Under the pieces are notes generated by a model. That model searched no databases, was not told the DNA's origin, and was given only the letters and a program-made list of their open reading frames with translations. A program made the translations under genes and the position numbers. Positions 30,977 to 40,502 of a stretch of DNA of 64,000 bases are shown one piece after another (positions within the stretch are counted from its first letter, which is position 1; each line of letters begins with the position of its first letter). The stretch lies in the NCBI GenBank assembly GCA_945862125.1, contig CAMAYC010000004.1, positions 8,691 to 72,690 on the forward strand, in the 5' to 3' direction. Source of the DNA: Reyranella massiliensis 521. GTDB lineage: Bacteria > Pseudomonadota > Alphaproteobacteria > Reyranellales > Reyranellaceae.

Positions 30977-32178
30977 GCCGGCACGATCAGCGCCTTGTCT
31001 GCCTTCAATTTCTCGATGTCGGCGTCGCTCAGCCCCGCTTCGCGCAACACTTCGACGCCATCGCCGCCGATCAGGGGCGCGTGACGGCGGAACTCGACCT
31101 TGGTCTTCTCGAAGTCGAGCGGACTGGCGAAGGTCGTGATCGGGCCTTCGGTCGGATGCTCGCGCTCGGTGAAGAAGCCGGTGGCTTTGAGATGCGGATC
31201 CTCGAGCAGTTCCTCCAGCGTGCGCACCGGCATGGCGGGAATGTCGGCCTTGTCGAACATTTCGAGCCACTCGCCGGTGGAACGGTGCTTCAGCAGGTCG
31301 CCCAGCACCTGATAGAGCTCGCTGAAATGCTTGGCGCGCTCCATGCGGTCGATGAAGCGCTTCTCCTTGGCGAGGTCGGGCCGCTCGGCCAGCTCGAAGA
31401 AGGTGATCCAGTGCTGGTCGGTGTAGGGCAGCGCGCAGATGTAGCCGTCCTTGGTCGGAAACGGATGGCGGAACTTGTTGATGATGCGGTCGTAGCCCAT
31501 GGTGCCGCGCTCGGGCCGCCAGGTCGCGCCGAACAGATGCTCGGTCAGCCAGAACGAGGCCAGCGTCTCCAGCATCGGCACCTCGATCATCTGGCCCTCG
31601 CCCGTGCACTTGCGATGGTAGAGCGCGCCCAGCACGGCGATGCAGAGATGAAGCCCCGTCGTCTTGTCGGCGATCAGGCTCGGCATGAAGCGCGGCGGCA
31701 GGCCATCGACCCTGGACTGCAGCGAGGCCGCGCCCGAGACGCCCTGGACGAGGTCGTCGAATGCCGGCTTGTGGCCGTAAGGTCCGCGGCGGGCATAGCC
31801 CAGCGAGTAGGCATAGATGATCGACGGGTTGATCTTCTTCAGGTCGGCGTAGCCAAGGCCCAGCCGCTCGATCGCCTGCGGCCGGCTGTTGTGGATGAAG
31901 AGGTCGGCCCCCTTGATCATGTCCTTCAGCACGGCGCAGGCAGCGGGCTTCTTGAGATCGAGGCAGATCGAGCGCTTGTTGCGATTGGCCGCCATGTAGA
32001 TCGGCCCCATGCTCTTGTCGCGGCCGAGGCTGCCGCCCGAGGCGCGCAGCAGGTCGCCTTCCGGCGGTTCGACCTTGATCACGTCGGCGCCCATATCGGC
32101 CAGGTGCTGCGTGGCGAACGGCCCCAGCAGCACCGCCGTCAGATCGATCACCCGCACGCCCGTCAACGGTCCCGGCAT
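30973..32178 (-). CDS. Family III (CaiB/BaiF) CoA-transferase
   Basis: GVRVIDLTAVLLGPFATQHLADMGADVIKVEPPEGD. ATG 32178 follows GGGGAGAG. Confidence 0.9.
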   Translation of the reverse strand: MPGPLTGVRVIDLTAVLLGPFATQHLADMGADVIKVEPPEGDLLRASGGSLGRDKSMGPIYMAANRNKRSICLDLKKPAACAVLKDMIKGADLFIHNSRPQAIERLGLGYADLKKINPSIIYAYSLGYARRGPYGHKPAFDDLVQGVSGAASLQSRVDGLPPRFMPSLIADKTTGLHLCIAVLGALYHRKCTGEGQMIEVPMLETLASFWLTEHLFGATWRPERGTMGYDRIINKFRHPFPTKDGYICALPYTDQHWITFFELAERPDLAKEKRFIDRMERAKHFSELYQVLGDLLKHRSTGEWLEMFDKADIPAMPVRTLEELLEDPHLKATGFFTEREHPTEGPITTFASPLDFEKTKVEFRRHAPLIGGDGVEVLREAGLSDADIEKLKADKALIVPA

Positions 32179-32276
32179 TGCTCTCCCCGTCTCTTCATTC
32201 TCGACCCGGCGCGGACTATGGCATAGCTCGGGAGGCTAAGGCATGTTGCGGGCCCTGAACGGAAAGAAGAGCTGAA

Positions 32277-33401
32277 ATGTCTGGAGCGTTGGACGGCCTC
32301 CTGGTGGTGAGTGTCGAACAGGCGGTGGCCGCCCCCTACTGCGCAGCTCGCCTGGCGGATGCCGGCGCCCGCGTCATCAAGATCGAGCGGCCCGAAGGCG
32401 ATTTCGCCCGCGCCTACGACGGCTACGTGAAGGGCGAGTCGAGCTATTTCGTCTGGCTCAATCGCGGCAAGCAGTCGGTCGCGCTCGACTTCAAGAAGCC
32501 CGAGGATCTGGCGCTGCTGCACCGCATGATCGCCCAGGCCGATGTGCTGATCCAGAACCTGGCGCCCGGCGCCGCCGACCGCGCGGGCTTCGGCTCCGCC
32601 GCGATGCGGGCCAAGCACAGGAAGCTCATCACCGTCGACGTTTCCGGCTACGGCGACCACGGTCCCTACAAGAACCGCCGGGCCTACGATCTGCTGGTGC
32701 AGGCCGAGAGCGGCCTCGCCTCGATCACCGGCACCGAGCATGCGCCCGGCCGCGTCGGCATTTCCGCCACCGACATCGGCACCGGCATGTATGCCCATGC
32801 CGCCGTCCTCGAAGCCTTGCTGGCGCGCCACAAGACCGGCGAGGGCCGCGCCATCTCCGTCTCGCTCTTCTCCTCCATGGCCGAGTGGATGACGGTGCCG
32901 CTGCTCGCCATGGACTACGCCGCCTACGAGTGGCCGCGACTCGGTCTCACGCACCCGTTCATCGCGCCCTACGGCGTCTACCCCAGTTCCGACAAGGTGC
33001 CGCTCCTGATTTCGATCCAGAACGACCGCGAGTTCGAGCGCCTCTGTCACGGCGTGCTCGACCGGCCGGGCCTCGAGAAGGATCCCGACTACGCCACGAA
33101 CAAGGATCGCAATTCCCGGCGCGACGCCACCAACGCCATCGTCGCCAAGAGTTTCGGCGCCCAGAGCTTCGAGGCACTGGCCGCCAAGCTCGATGCCGCG
33201 CAGATCGCCTGGGCGCGCGTGAGCTCGGTCGGCGATCTCTCCAAACATCCGCAGCTTCGCCGTACCGTCTTCACCTCGAACAAGGGCGAGGTTTCTATCC
33301 CGGCGCTGGCCGCTTCCTACGTGGGCGAACCGGAGCGGCTGGGCGACGTGCCGGCGCTCGGCCAGCACACCGACCAGGTGCGCCGCGAGTTCGCTGCCTG
33401 A
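32277..33401 (+). CDS. Family III (CaiB/BaiF) CoA-transferase
   Basis: LLVVSVEQAVAAPYCAARLADAGARVIKIERPEGD. The stop overlaps the next start (TGATG at 33399-33403). Confidence 0.9.
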   Translation: MSGALDGLLVVSVEQAVAAPYCAARLADAGARVIKIERPEGDFARAYDGYVKGESSYFVWLNRGKQSVALDFKKPEDLALLHRMIAQADVLIQNLAPGAADRAGFGSAAMRAKHRKLITVDVSGYGDHGPYKNRRAYDLLVQAESGLASITGTEHAPGRVGISATDIGTGMYAHAAVLEALLARHKTGEGRAISVSLFSSMAEWMTVPLLAMDYAAYEWPRLGLTHPFIAPYGVYPSSDKVPLLISIQNDREFERLCHGVLDRPGLEKDPDYATNKDRNSRRDATNAIVAKSFGAQSFEALAAKLDAAQIAWARVSSVGDLSKHPQLRRTVFTSNKGEVSIPALAASYVGEPERLGDVPALGQHTDQVRREFAA

Positions 33402-34576
33402 TGGCCAAGTGGCTGACCGGCCTGCGGCTCGCAGGCTATGGCGGCGCCTACTTCTTCGCCGCCGGCGCCTTCATGAGCTACTGGCCGGTGTGGCTGCGCG
33501 ACCGCGGCGTCACCGACACCGAGATCGGCACGCTGTTCATGTCGCGCCAGATCGTCTCGGTGGTGGCCACGCTCTCCGTGGGCTGGATCGCCCATCGCCT
33601 GGGCGGCCCGCGCGGCGTGATGGTGACGCTCGGCCTCGCGGCGGTCGTCATGATCGTGGCCTACGACTTCTCCACCACGTTTTTCGCGATCTTCATCGTC
33701 ACCATGATCTGGGGCTTCATGTGGTCGCCGCCGATGCCGCTCTACGACGGCGTGCTGGTGACCGAGACCAAGCGCCACGGCCTCGACTATGCGCGCGTGC
33801 GCATGTGGAGCTCGGTCGCCTTCATCGCCGGCACCTTCGTGGCCGGCATCGCCGTCGAGCGCTACGGCCCGCCCTGGGTGCTCTATGTCGGCCTGGCCAG
33901 CATCGTGCTTCTCGCGCCCTGCGCCCTGCTGCTGCCTGCCGCACCCGCCCGGGCGCGCGGCGTCGAGCCAAGCCACGCCGCGATCAAGATTGGCGGCCTG
34001 CTGCGCCAGCCGGCGTTCCTCTTGGTCCTCGCCGCGACCGGCCTGTGCGCCGCCAGCCACTCCGTCCTCTACAGCTTCGGCACGCTCACCTGGCGTGCCG
34101 CCGGCATCGACGACATCACCATCAGCGCCCTGTGGGCCGAGAGCGTCGCCATCGAGATCGTGCTGATGCTGTTCGGTGGCTGGCTGCTCGCAAAGCTCGG
34201 CGTCTGCGGCCTGATCGGTCTCGGGCTTGCGGCCGGGGTTATGCGCTGGACCGCCATGGCTTTCACGACCGAACTGTGGGCCCTCGTCCTCCTGCAGGCG
34301 TTGCACTCCTGCACCTTCGCCGCCAACCATCTCGGCGCCATGGCCTTCCTGCAGCGCGCCCTGCCCGCCCACGGCGCCGCCATCGGCCAATCCCTCTACT
34401 ACGCGCTGGGCACCGGCCTCACCCAGGCGCTGGTCTACCAGTTCTCCGGACTGCTCTATGCCAGCTACGGCCAGCACGCCTTTCTCGCCATGACGCTGGT
34501 CAGCACCATCGGCCTGTGTGCGCTGCTGCTGCTCGCGCGTACCTGGAAGGGCGGGCTGCTGGTCGGTCAGACCTAG
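33401..34576 (+). CDS. MFS transporter (MFS_1_like / HcaT-like)
   Basis: ATG 33401 (MAKWLTGLRLAGYGGAYFF...). About 12 TM segments. The upstream 172 codons of the listed ORF overlap the CoA-transferase and are rejected. Confidence 0.8.
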   Translation: MAKWLTGLRLAGYGGAYFFAAGAFMSYWPVWLRDRGVTDTEIGTLFMSRQIVSVVATLSVGWIAHRLGGPRGVMVTLGLAAVVMIVAYDFSTTFFAIFIVTMIWGFMWSPPMPLYDGVLVTETKRHGLDYARVRMWSSVAFIAGTFVAGIAVERYGPPWVLYVGLASIVLLAPCALLLPAAPARARGVEPSHAAIKIGGLLRQPAFLLVLAATGLCAASHSVLYSFGTLTWRAAGIDDITISALWAESVAIEIVLMLFGGWLLAKLGVCGLIGLGLAAGVMRWTAMAFTTELWALVLLQALHSCTFAANHLGAMAFLQRALPAHGAAIGQSLYYALGTGLTQALVYQFSGLLYASYGQHAFLAMTLVSTIGLCALLLLARTWKGGLLVGQT

Positions 34577-34586
34577 CGGGTCGCCT

Positions 34587-35735
34587 TCAGCGCGACCGAC
34601 CGCGGCCGGTGACGGGCCAGATCTCGACCAGCGTCTCGCCCTTCACCACGTGATAGCTCTCGTACATGTTGACCGTCGGGTCGCAATGCGGCGGCACCAG
34701 GATCACCTGTTCGCCGAGCGCAGGTGCGGCCTTGCCCTCGGGGGCGATCACCGCCAGATGCTCGTCGCCCATGAAGCGCGTGGTCGAACCTTCGACCGCG
34801 CCTTTCAGGATCATCGGCGGGCCCTTCTCGGTGGCCATCGCCTTCAGCCCTGCATCGACCGTCACCATGCCCGGGGTGTTGGCGCTCACCACGCGCGCGT
34901 CGATCTGCAGCGCCTGCTCGAAAGTCGGCTTGTCGAGGCCGCGCAGGTCGCAGACGTTGTAGTCGTGGTCCATGAACACATAGGAGCCGACCTGCAATTC
35001 GGTGAAGACACCGAGCTTGGCATCGATGAGATGCGTGCCGGTACCCGAGCCGGTGATGATCTCAGGCTTCAATCCGGCGGCGCCCAGCTTTGCGAGGATG
35101 CCCTTCAGATACTCCGTGCGCTCCTCGATCTCGGCCTTGCGCTGGGCGAAGTCGACGATGTGCTGGTGCCGGCCGCAATAGAACTGCACGCCGCCGTACT
35201 TCAAGGCCTTCTGCTTGGCGACCAGTTGCGCCAGCTCGACCGCGGCCTCGGGCGAGGCGACGCCGGTGCGGTGGATGCCGGGATCGATATCGACGATCAC
35301 CGTGAGCACCTGGCCCGCCTTCTCCGCCGCCGCGGCCAGCGCCGCGACGTTGGCCGGATGGTCGACCACGACCATCAGCCCCTTCACCTTGGCGTTGAGC
35401 GCGATCAGGCGCGTGATCGCCTGCGGCGTCACGACCGGCGAGGTGATGTGCAGCCCTTCTATGCCGGCCTCGCCCAGCGCCTCGGCCTCGCCCAGCTTGG
35501 CGCAGCAGACGCCCAGCGCCCCGGCCGCGATCTGGCGGCGCGCGATGTCGGCCGATTTGTGCGTCTTGGAATGCGGCCGAAGCTTCATGCCATGCGCCTT
35601 CGCGAACGACGCCATCTCGGCGATGTTGCGGTCGAGCATGTCGAGATCGAGCACCAGCGCCGGCGTGTTCAGCGAGCGCCTCGACCCCTGCTGGCCGATG
35701 AGATGTCCGTGCAGTTTTTGCGCTTCGCTCGTCAT
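34587..35735 (-). CDS. DSD1 family PLP-dependent enzyme (D-threonine aldolase / D-serine dehydratase-like)
   Basis: ATG 35735 makes an ATGA overlap with the SDR stop. TPALVLDLDMLDRNI and the PLP-lysine context LRPHSKTHK. Confidence 0.8.
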   Translation of the reverse strand: MTSEAQKLHGHLIGQQGSRRSLNTPALVLDLDMLDRNIAEMASFAKAHGMKLRPHSKTHKSADIARRQIAAGALGVCCAKLGEAEALGEAGIEGLHITSPVVTPQAITRLIALNAKVKGLMVVVDHPANVAALAAAAEKAGQVLTVIVDIDPGIHRTGVASPEAAVELAQLVAKQKALKYGGVQFYCGRHQHIVDFAQRKAEIEERTEYLKGILAKLGAAGLKPEIITGSGTGTHLIDAKLGVFTELQVGSYVFMDHDYNVCDLRGLDKPTFEQALQIDARVVSANTPGMVTVDAGLKAMATEKGPPMILKGAVEGSTTRFMGDEHLAVIAPEGKAAPALGEQVILVPPHCDPTVNMYESYHVVKGETLVEIWPVTGRGRSR

Positions 35736-36610
35736 TTCTTCTGATCCCCGGATTGAAGGTTGCGCACGACCATGGCCTCGCCCGTCGTGCCGCGGTTGAC
35801 GCCCGCGCTTTTCATGAAAGTGTTGTCGCGGCCGGTGCCCCACAGCGCCACGCCCTGCGCCAGCAGGCCGCCGTCGACCCTGACCGTCTCGCCGGTGATG
35901 AAGCGCGCCTCGTCGGAACACAGGAAGGACGCCACATCGGCAACGTGATCGGGCTCGCCGCGGTCGGGCCACGGCTGCTGGCTGAACTGCTTCTCGAATT
36001 TCTCCGGCCGGCCGCGATGGACCAGCGGCGTCGAAATCACGCCGGGGGCGATGCCGACGACACGGATGCGGTCGGGTCCGAGCTCCGAGGCCACGTTCTC
36101 GATCAGGCTGATGAGGGCGGCCTTGGCCGCCGAATAGGCGTGGCTGCCGCCGCCGCCCACCATACCGGCGATCGAGGCCGTCACCAGAATGACTCCGCCG
36201 CCGTACTTCTTCATGGCCGGCGAGGCGTGCTTCATGCCGAGGAACACCGACCGCGTCAGCACCGCGAAAGTATAATCCCAGTCCTCGACGCTGATCTCGG
36301 CGATCGGCCCGAAGGCGCCGCCTACGCCGGCATTGAGATAGGCGATGTCGAGCCGGTCGAAGCGCGTTTCGGCGGCCGCCACCGTGGCCGCGACATCGGC
36401 TTCGTTCGCCACGTCGCAGCGCACGAAGGCGATGTTGTCGCCGAGGCCCTGGGCCTTGGCCACCGCCAGCGTCTCGGCGCCGTTCGCCTCATTGAGGTCG
36501 GCCACCACCACCTTCGCGCCGTCGGCGAGAAAGCGCATGACGGTCGCACGGCCCATGCCGCTCGCGCCGCCGGTGACGATCGCTACCCTGCCTGAGAGTC
36601 GTTTGCTCAT
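35732..36610 (-). CDS. SDR family oxidoreductase
   Basis: VTGGASGMGRAT and YSAAKAA. About 292 aa with a C-terminal extension. Confidence 0.85.
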   Translation of the reverse strand: MSKRLSGRVAIVTGGASGMGRATVMRFLADGAKVVVADLNEANGAETLAVAKAQGLGDNIAFVRCDVANEADVAATVAAAETRFDRLDIAYLNAGVGGAFGPIAEISVEDWDYTFAVLTRSVFLGMKHASPAMKKYGGGVILVTASIAGMVGGGGSHAYSAAKAALISLIENVASELGPDRIRVVGIAPGVISTPLVHRGRPEKFEKQFSQQPWPDRGEPDHVADVASFLCSDEARFITGETVRVDGGLLAQGVALWGTGRDNTFMKSAGVNRGTTGEAMVVRNLQSGDQKK

Positions 36611-36614
36611 GGCC

Positions 36615-38477
36615 TCATCCTACCTCGATCACGCCCTCGCCACCGGCATAGAGTTTTTCGACCAGCGCCTTCCGCCGCTCCAGCGTGGCGCGCTGGTTGA
36701 TATAGCCCTTGTCGGTGATCTCGTGGCCGTCGACCGCGGGCGGCTCGGCCATCAGCAGCACGCGTCGCACCCGCATCGAGGAGCCCTTGCCGCCGGCGTT
36801 CATGCGGGCGAGGCCGTCGCGCACCGCGGCCACAACGGCGGGATGGGCGAGCAGCTGGTCGGCTGTCAGCCGCGCTTCCTGATCACCGGCGATCTGGCGG
36901 CAGGCCGCCATATTGGGAAAGCCGAGCAAGCCGACATACTCGCGGTCCTGGCCGCAGACCACGGCGTCCTGCAGCACCGGCGTCGCCGCCGCAATCGCCG
37001 TCGTGCGAAGCGTCCCCACCAGCACGAAGGTGCCGCTGGTCAGCTTGAAATCTTCCACGACCCGGCCGTCGAAGATCAGGCCCCAGCTCGGATCCTCGGG
37101 ATCGACGAAGCGGCCGGCATCGCCGATCTTGTAAAAGCCCTCCTCGTCGAACATCTCCGCGGTGAGGTCGGGCCGGCGAAAATAGCCCGGCGTCACGATC
37201 ACGCTCTTGAGCCGGAGCTCGTAGCGTCCCTCTTCTCCCGTCGGCACCATTTTTAGCTGCACGCCGGGATACGGAAGGCCCACGAGACCGACGCGATCCG
37301 ACGCCCAGTGCACCGACGTCGCGGTCGGCGCCGTCTCGGTCGATCCCCAGCCGGTGACGAAGGGGATTCGGTAGCCGGTATGCTTCACCGCCAGCGTCTC
37401 CATGCGCTCGTAGAGATCGTTGGGCAGCGTGGCGCCGCCATAGGACAGCACGTTGATGTTCCTGAAGAAGCGCTTGGCCAGGCTCTCGTCCTTCTCGAGC
37501 GCCGTCGCCAGCATGGCGTAGCCCGCCGGCACGTTGGAGAACGAGGTCGGCGAGACCTCGCGCAGGTTGCGCAGCGTCTCCTCGAACAGGCCGGGCAGCG
37601 GCTTGCCGTCGTCGATCCAGGTCGTGCCGCCCTCGTTGAGATTGCCCTGGAAGGTGGCGTTGCCGCCCATCGTGTGGTTCCACGGCAGCCAGTCGAGCAT
37701 GACCGGGGCGGGATCGTCCGGCTTGCGGATGCGCGCCATGCTCATCATCGCCACGTTGGCGCACATCATCTCCTGGGTGTTGATGACGGCCTTGGGCATG
37801 CCGGTGCTGCCCGAGGTGAACAGGAATTTGCCGACGGTCTTGGGCTCGATCATCGCGACCGACTTCGCCACCGCATCGGTCGTCCTGGTGGCCACCAGTT
37901 CGCTCCACGGCAGCGACTGCATCTGGGGCGGTGGCTTGTCGACATGGACCAGCAGCACGCCCTCGAGGTCGAGCGCCGCCAGCGCGCGGGCATAGATCTC
38001 GCCGTTCTGCACGAACACCAGGCCGGGCCTGACGAGGTCGAAGACGTACTTCAGCTTGGCGTGATCGGCGCTCATCACCGAATAGGCCGGCGACACCGGT
38101 GCCACGGGCGCGCGCGCCTGCATGGCCGCCAGGGTGAGCAGCGCGAACTCGATCGAATTCGACGACAGGATCATCACCGGCCTGTCGGGACCGAAGCCGC
38201 GATCGAGCAGCGCCTGCGTCACGGCATCGACCTGCTTCTTGGCCTCGCCGTAGGTGACCTTCAGCCACTCCCGGTCCGGCCCGCGGCGCTGCGCCAGCCA
38301 CAGCCGGTCAGGCACTTCGCCCGCCCATTTCGCAAGCAGCGCCGGGATATGCGGGGCGTAGGGCTTCAAGGGATGGTTCGACTGAAGCACGACGGTGCCG
38401 TCGGCGCGCCGCTCGACCTTTACGTCGCGGCTCAGGAATTCGATGGGCTTGAACGGAACCTTGATGACGCTATCCAA
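36615..38477 (-). CDS. Fcs-family (feruloyl-CoA synthase-like) AMP-forming acyl-CoA ligase
   Basis: AMP-binding motif LFTSGSTGMPKAV. The N-terminal pattern FLSRDVKVERRADGTVVLQSNHPLKPY...VPDRLWLAQRRG is typical of Fcs-type ligases of about 620 aa. Proposed start is TTG 38477 with GGGAGAAG upstream. The listed ORF start at 38615 would overlap the HEPN gene. Confidence 0.75.
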   Translation of the reverse strand: MDSVIKVPFKPIEFLSRDVKVERRADGTVVLQSNHPLKPYAPHIPALLAKWAGEVPDRLWLAQRRGPDREWLKVTYGEAKKQVDAVTQALLDRGFGPDRPVMILSSNSIEFALLTLAAMQARAPVAPVSPAYSVMSADHAKLKYVFDLVRPGLVFVQNGEIYARALAALDLEGVLLVHVDKPPPQMQSLPWSELVATRTTDAVAKSVAMIEPKTVGKFLFTSGSTGMPKAVINTQEMMCANVAMMSMARIRKPDDPAPVMLDWLPWNHTMGGNATFQGNLNEGGTTWIDDGKPLPGLFEETLRNLREVSPTSFSNVPAGYAMLATALEKDESLAKRFFRNINVLSYGGATLPNDLYERMETLAVKHTGYRIPFVTGWGSTETAPTATSVHWASDRVGLVGLPYPGVQLKMVPTGEEGRYELRLKSVIVTPGYFRRPDLTAEMFDEEGFYKIGDAGRFVDPEDPSWGLIFDGRVVEDFKLTSGTFVLVGTLRTTAIAAATPVLQDAVVCGQDREYVGLLGFPNMAACRQIAGDQEARLTADQLLAHPAVVAAVRDGLARMNAGGKGSSMRVRRVLLMAEPPAVDGHEITDKGYINQRATLERRKALVEKLYAGGEGVIEVG

Positions 38478-38544
38478 TCCGCTTCTCCCGCGAATACCTT
38501 CACCTGAATTAAGAAGCGTCGTCCGAGCTTCGGCAAGAACGGAG

Positions 38545-38928
38545 CTATGATCCGCCGAGCAGCCGCTCGCAGAAAGAAATGAATACAATCGCTTCATCGC
38601 GCGCTGCGCGTGCATGTTCGACTGTCAGCGTGTCTTGAGCCTCGTAATCGGCAATCAAGCGGCGATCCAATGCCCGGCTCAACCGACCGACCTCTGCCTT
38701 TGCCTGCAAGGAAGCCTCGCGATCGAGCTGACTAAGCCGAGTGATCAAGCCGCTGTGCGTCTTGGGCAACGGCAATTCGCGGTCGACAAATAGAGGCAAA
38801 GTGGCGTGATGCATCGCATAGTAAGCGGTATGAGCGATCACTTCGGGAATTTCGATTTCCGCGCGAGCTTCGACCATCGCCAACAAACGACGCGCTCGCC
38901 GCAGATGCTGCCCGGTTTCTCCCTTCAA
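38545..38928 (-). CDS. HEPN domain protein (putative toxin of a HEPN/MNT module)
   Basis: HEPN-like pattern RRARRLLAMVEA...AHTAYYAMHHATLPLF...KTHSGLITRL...LDRRLIADYE. TTG 38928 overlaps the MNT stop (TTGA). Confidence 0.7.
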   Translation of the reverse strand: MKGETGQHLRRARRLLAMVEARAEIEIPEVIAHTAYYAMHHATLPLFVDRELPLPKTHSGLITRLSQLDREASLQAKAEVGRLSRALDRRLIADYEAQDTLTVEHARAARDEAIVFISFCERLLGGS

Positions 38929-39236
38929 AGAGAGACGCCCTCCGATCGGATCGCTCTCAAGAGGCAGCTGTCCTCCTCCAACCGACGTCCTGCAATGGGT
39001 AGCGGTTGGATGAATTGCCCAGTCTCGTAGAGAAGGTCTGTTCCCAGGTCAGCCAGACGGTTCAGATCGTCCGACGACGGCTCCCCCGTCAGAAAGACCG
39101 CAATATCCCAGTCTGAATCCGGACGCGCCTCACCGCGCGCCCGTGACCCGAACAGCACCATCTTGACCACACGGCCGTTGAAGGCGCTGTCGACGCGGCG
39201 CTTGTATTCGCGCGCAAGCGAGAGAGCTGGGTTCAT
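38925..39236 (-). CDS. Minimal nucleotidyltransferase (MNT) domain protein (putative antitoxin)
   Basis: ATG 39236 (MNPALSLAREYK...). Pol-beta NTase signature LFGSRARGEARPDSDWDIAVF. The upstream part of listed ORF 38925..39524 overlaps the enolase-family gene and is rejected. Confidence 0.8.
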   Translation of the reverse strand: MNPALSLAREYKRRVDSAFNGRVVKMVLFGSRARGEARPDSDWDIAVFLTGEPSSDDLNRLADLGTDLLYETGQFIQPLPIAGRRLEEDSCLLRAIRSEGVSL

Positions 39237-39242
39237 AATCTC

Positions 39243-39251
39243 AATATAACA
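39243..39251 (-). promoter_or_regulatory. Extended -10-like element TGTTATATT, 6 nt upstream of the MNT start codon (possible leaderless transcript)
   Basis: The minus strand reads GACGTGTTATATTGAGATTATG. There is no SD between the element and the ATG. Confidence 0.3.
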
Positions 39252-39280
39252 CGTCGCCTTGGGGAAGGCTGCGCCGGACC

Positions 39281-40375
39281 CTAGGCCTTGAACCTCGCGA
39301 TCGCCTTTTCGTCGAACTTGAGGCCGAGGCCTGGCTTGGTCGGCAGCACCAGCTCGCCGTTCTCGATCGCCGGCGTCTCCTCGTAGAGCGCCAGCATCCA
39401 CGGCATGTATTCCACCGTGAGGCCGTTGGGGCAGGCGGCCACCATGTGGCACAGCACCTCGGGCATGACATGGCTCACGATCGGCAGGTTGAAGGCCTCG
39501 GCCATGGCCGCGACCTTCATCCACTGCGTCGGACCGCCGACCCGCGCGATGTCGACCATCACGATGTCGACCGAGCGCGCCTCGATCATGTGACGGAAGG
39601 GCACGATGCCCCAGACATACTCACCGCCCGCGACCGGGGTCTTGAGTGCTGCCGTGACGCGCGCGAGGCCCGCATAGTCGTCGGCCGTCGTCACGTCCTC
39701 CAGCCAGAACAGGCCGATACCCGCCTGCTCGACCCGGGAGCCGATGTCGATCGCCTGCTCGGGCCGCCAGCGCTGGTTGATGTCGCACATCAGCGGGATG
39801 TCGGGGCCGATCGCGTCGCGCACGACCCGCATGCGGCGAAGCTCGTCGGCCGGCGTCGGATCGCCGGGCAGCGCCATCTGGGTCTTCATCGAGCGGAAGC
39901 CCTTCTGCACCAGGATGCGCGCGGCCTGCTCCGTCTGCTTGTCGGTGAGGCCGCGACGCAGCGAGCCCGAGGCATAAGTCGGCACGCGGTCGCGATGGCC
40001 GCCCAGCAGCTGCCACAGCGGCTGGTCGAGCGCCTTGCCCCTGATGTCCCAAAGCGCCGTGTCGATCGCCGACAGGGCGAGGGTGAAGATGCCGCCCGGT
40101 CCGCCGACATCGCCGGCGCGCAGCTTGGCGAGAAGCGCCTCGTTGCGCATCGGGTCTTCGCCCACGATGCCCGCACACAGGTCTTCCATCATCGCATGCA
40201 GGCTGCGTGTCACGCGGCCGCCATAGAGCGTGACACCGATGCCCTCGATGCCGCTGTCGGTGCGCAGGCGCAGGATCACCGTCGGCCGCTTGCGGTTGGC
40301 GTCCTCCGGCATGTTGGCCAGCGGATCGTCCTCCGGCACCGCGAGTGTCATGACCTGGTAACTGGCTATTTTCAT
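39281..40375 (-). CDS. Mandelate racemase/muconate lactonizing enzyme (enolase superfamily) protein
   Basis: ATG 40375 follows GAGGGAGGAA. Pattern [40 protein letters not shown]. Confidence 0.85.
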   Translation of the reverse strand: MKIASYQVMTLAVPEDDPLANMPEDANRKRPTVILRLRTDSGIEGIGVTLYGGRVTRSLHAMMEDLCAGIVGEDPMRNEALLAKLRAGDVGGPGGIFTLALSAIDTALWDIRGKALDQPLWQLLGGHRDRVPTYASGSLRRGLTDKQTEQAARILVQKGFRSMKTQMALPGDPTPADELRRMRVVRDAIGPDIPLMCDINQRWRPEQAIDIGSRVEQAGIGLFWLEDVTTADDYAGLARVTAALKTPVAGGEYVWGIVPFRHMIEARSVDIVMVDIARVGGPTQWMKVAAMAEAFNLPIVSHVMPEVLCHMVAACPNGLTVEYMPWMLALYEETPAIENGELVLPTKPGLGLKFDEKAIARFKA

Positions 40376-40502
40376 TGCATTTCCTCCCTCATCCCGGCCG
40401 CGATCCGAAACCCCGGACCTGAGACATGGGTGCGGCCTGAATGCCCGTTCACATTGCCCCCATTTTCGGCCAGAGTCCGCCGCAGCACAAAGGGAGAGAG
40501 CG

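Noticed and set aside
30977-31609. N-terminal 211 codons of listed ORF 29630..31609 (would give a 659-aa PLD protein)
   Set aside because: This part overlaps the family III CoA-transferase gene in another frame and is Arg/Pro/Ala-rich junk. The PLD homology begins near YPIRGGNKV.
32885-33400. Upstream extension of the MFS ORF (listed as 563 aa)
   Set aside because: It overlaps the CoA-transferase coding frame. A clean ATG at 33401 forms a TGATG junction and is followed directly by TM helices.
38503-38512. The 10-mer CCTGAATTAA, shared with 48059-48068
   Set aside because: Both copies lie in short intergenic AT-rich patches, but there is no extended similarity or common gene context. This is most likely chance plus stop-codon-rich intergenic composition.
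38478-39280. A mobile genetic element or genomic island around the HEPN/MNT cassette
   Set aside because: I could find no integrase, transposase, tRNA target or flanking direct or inverted repeats. Only the GC dip and the insertion-like position are observable, so it is reported as a bare cassette and not called a mobile element.
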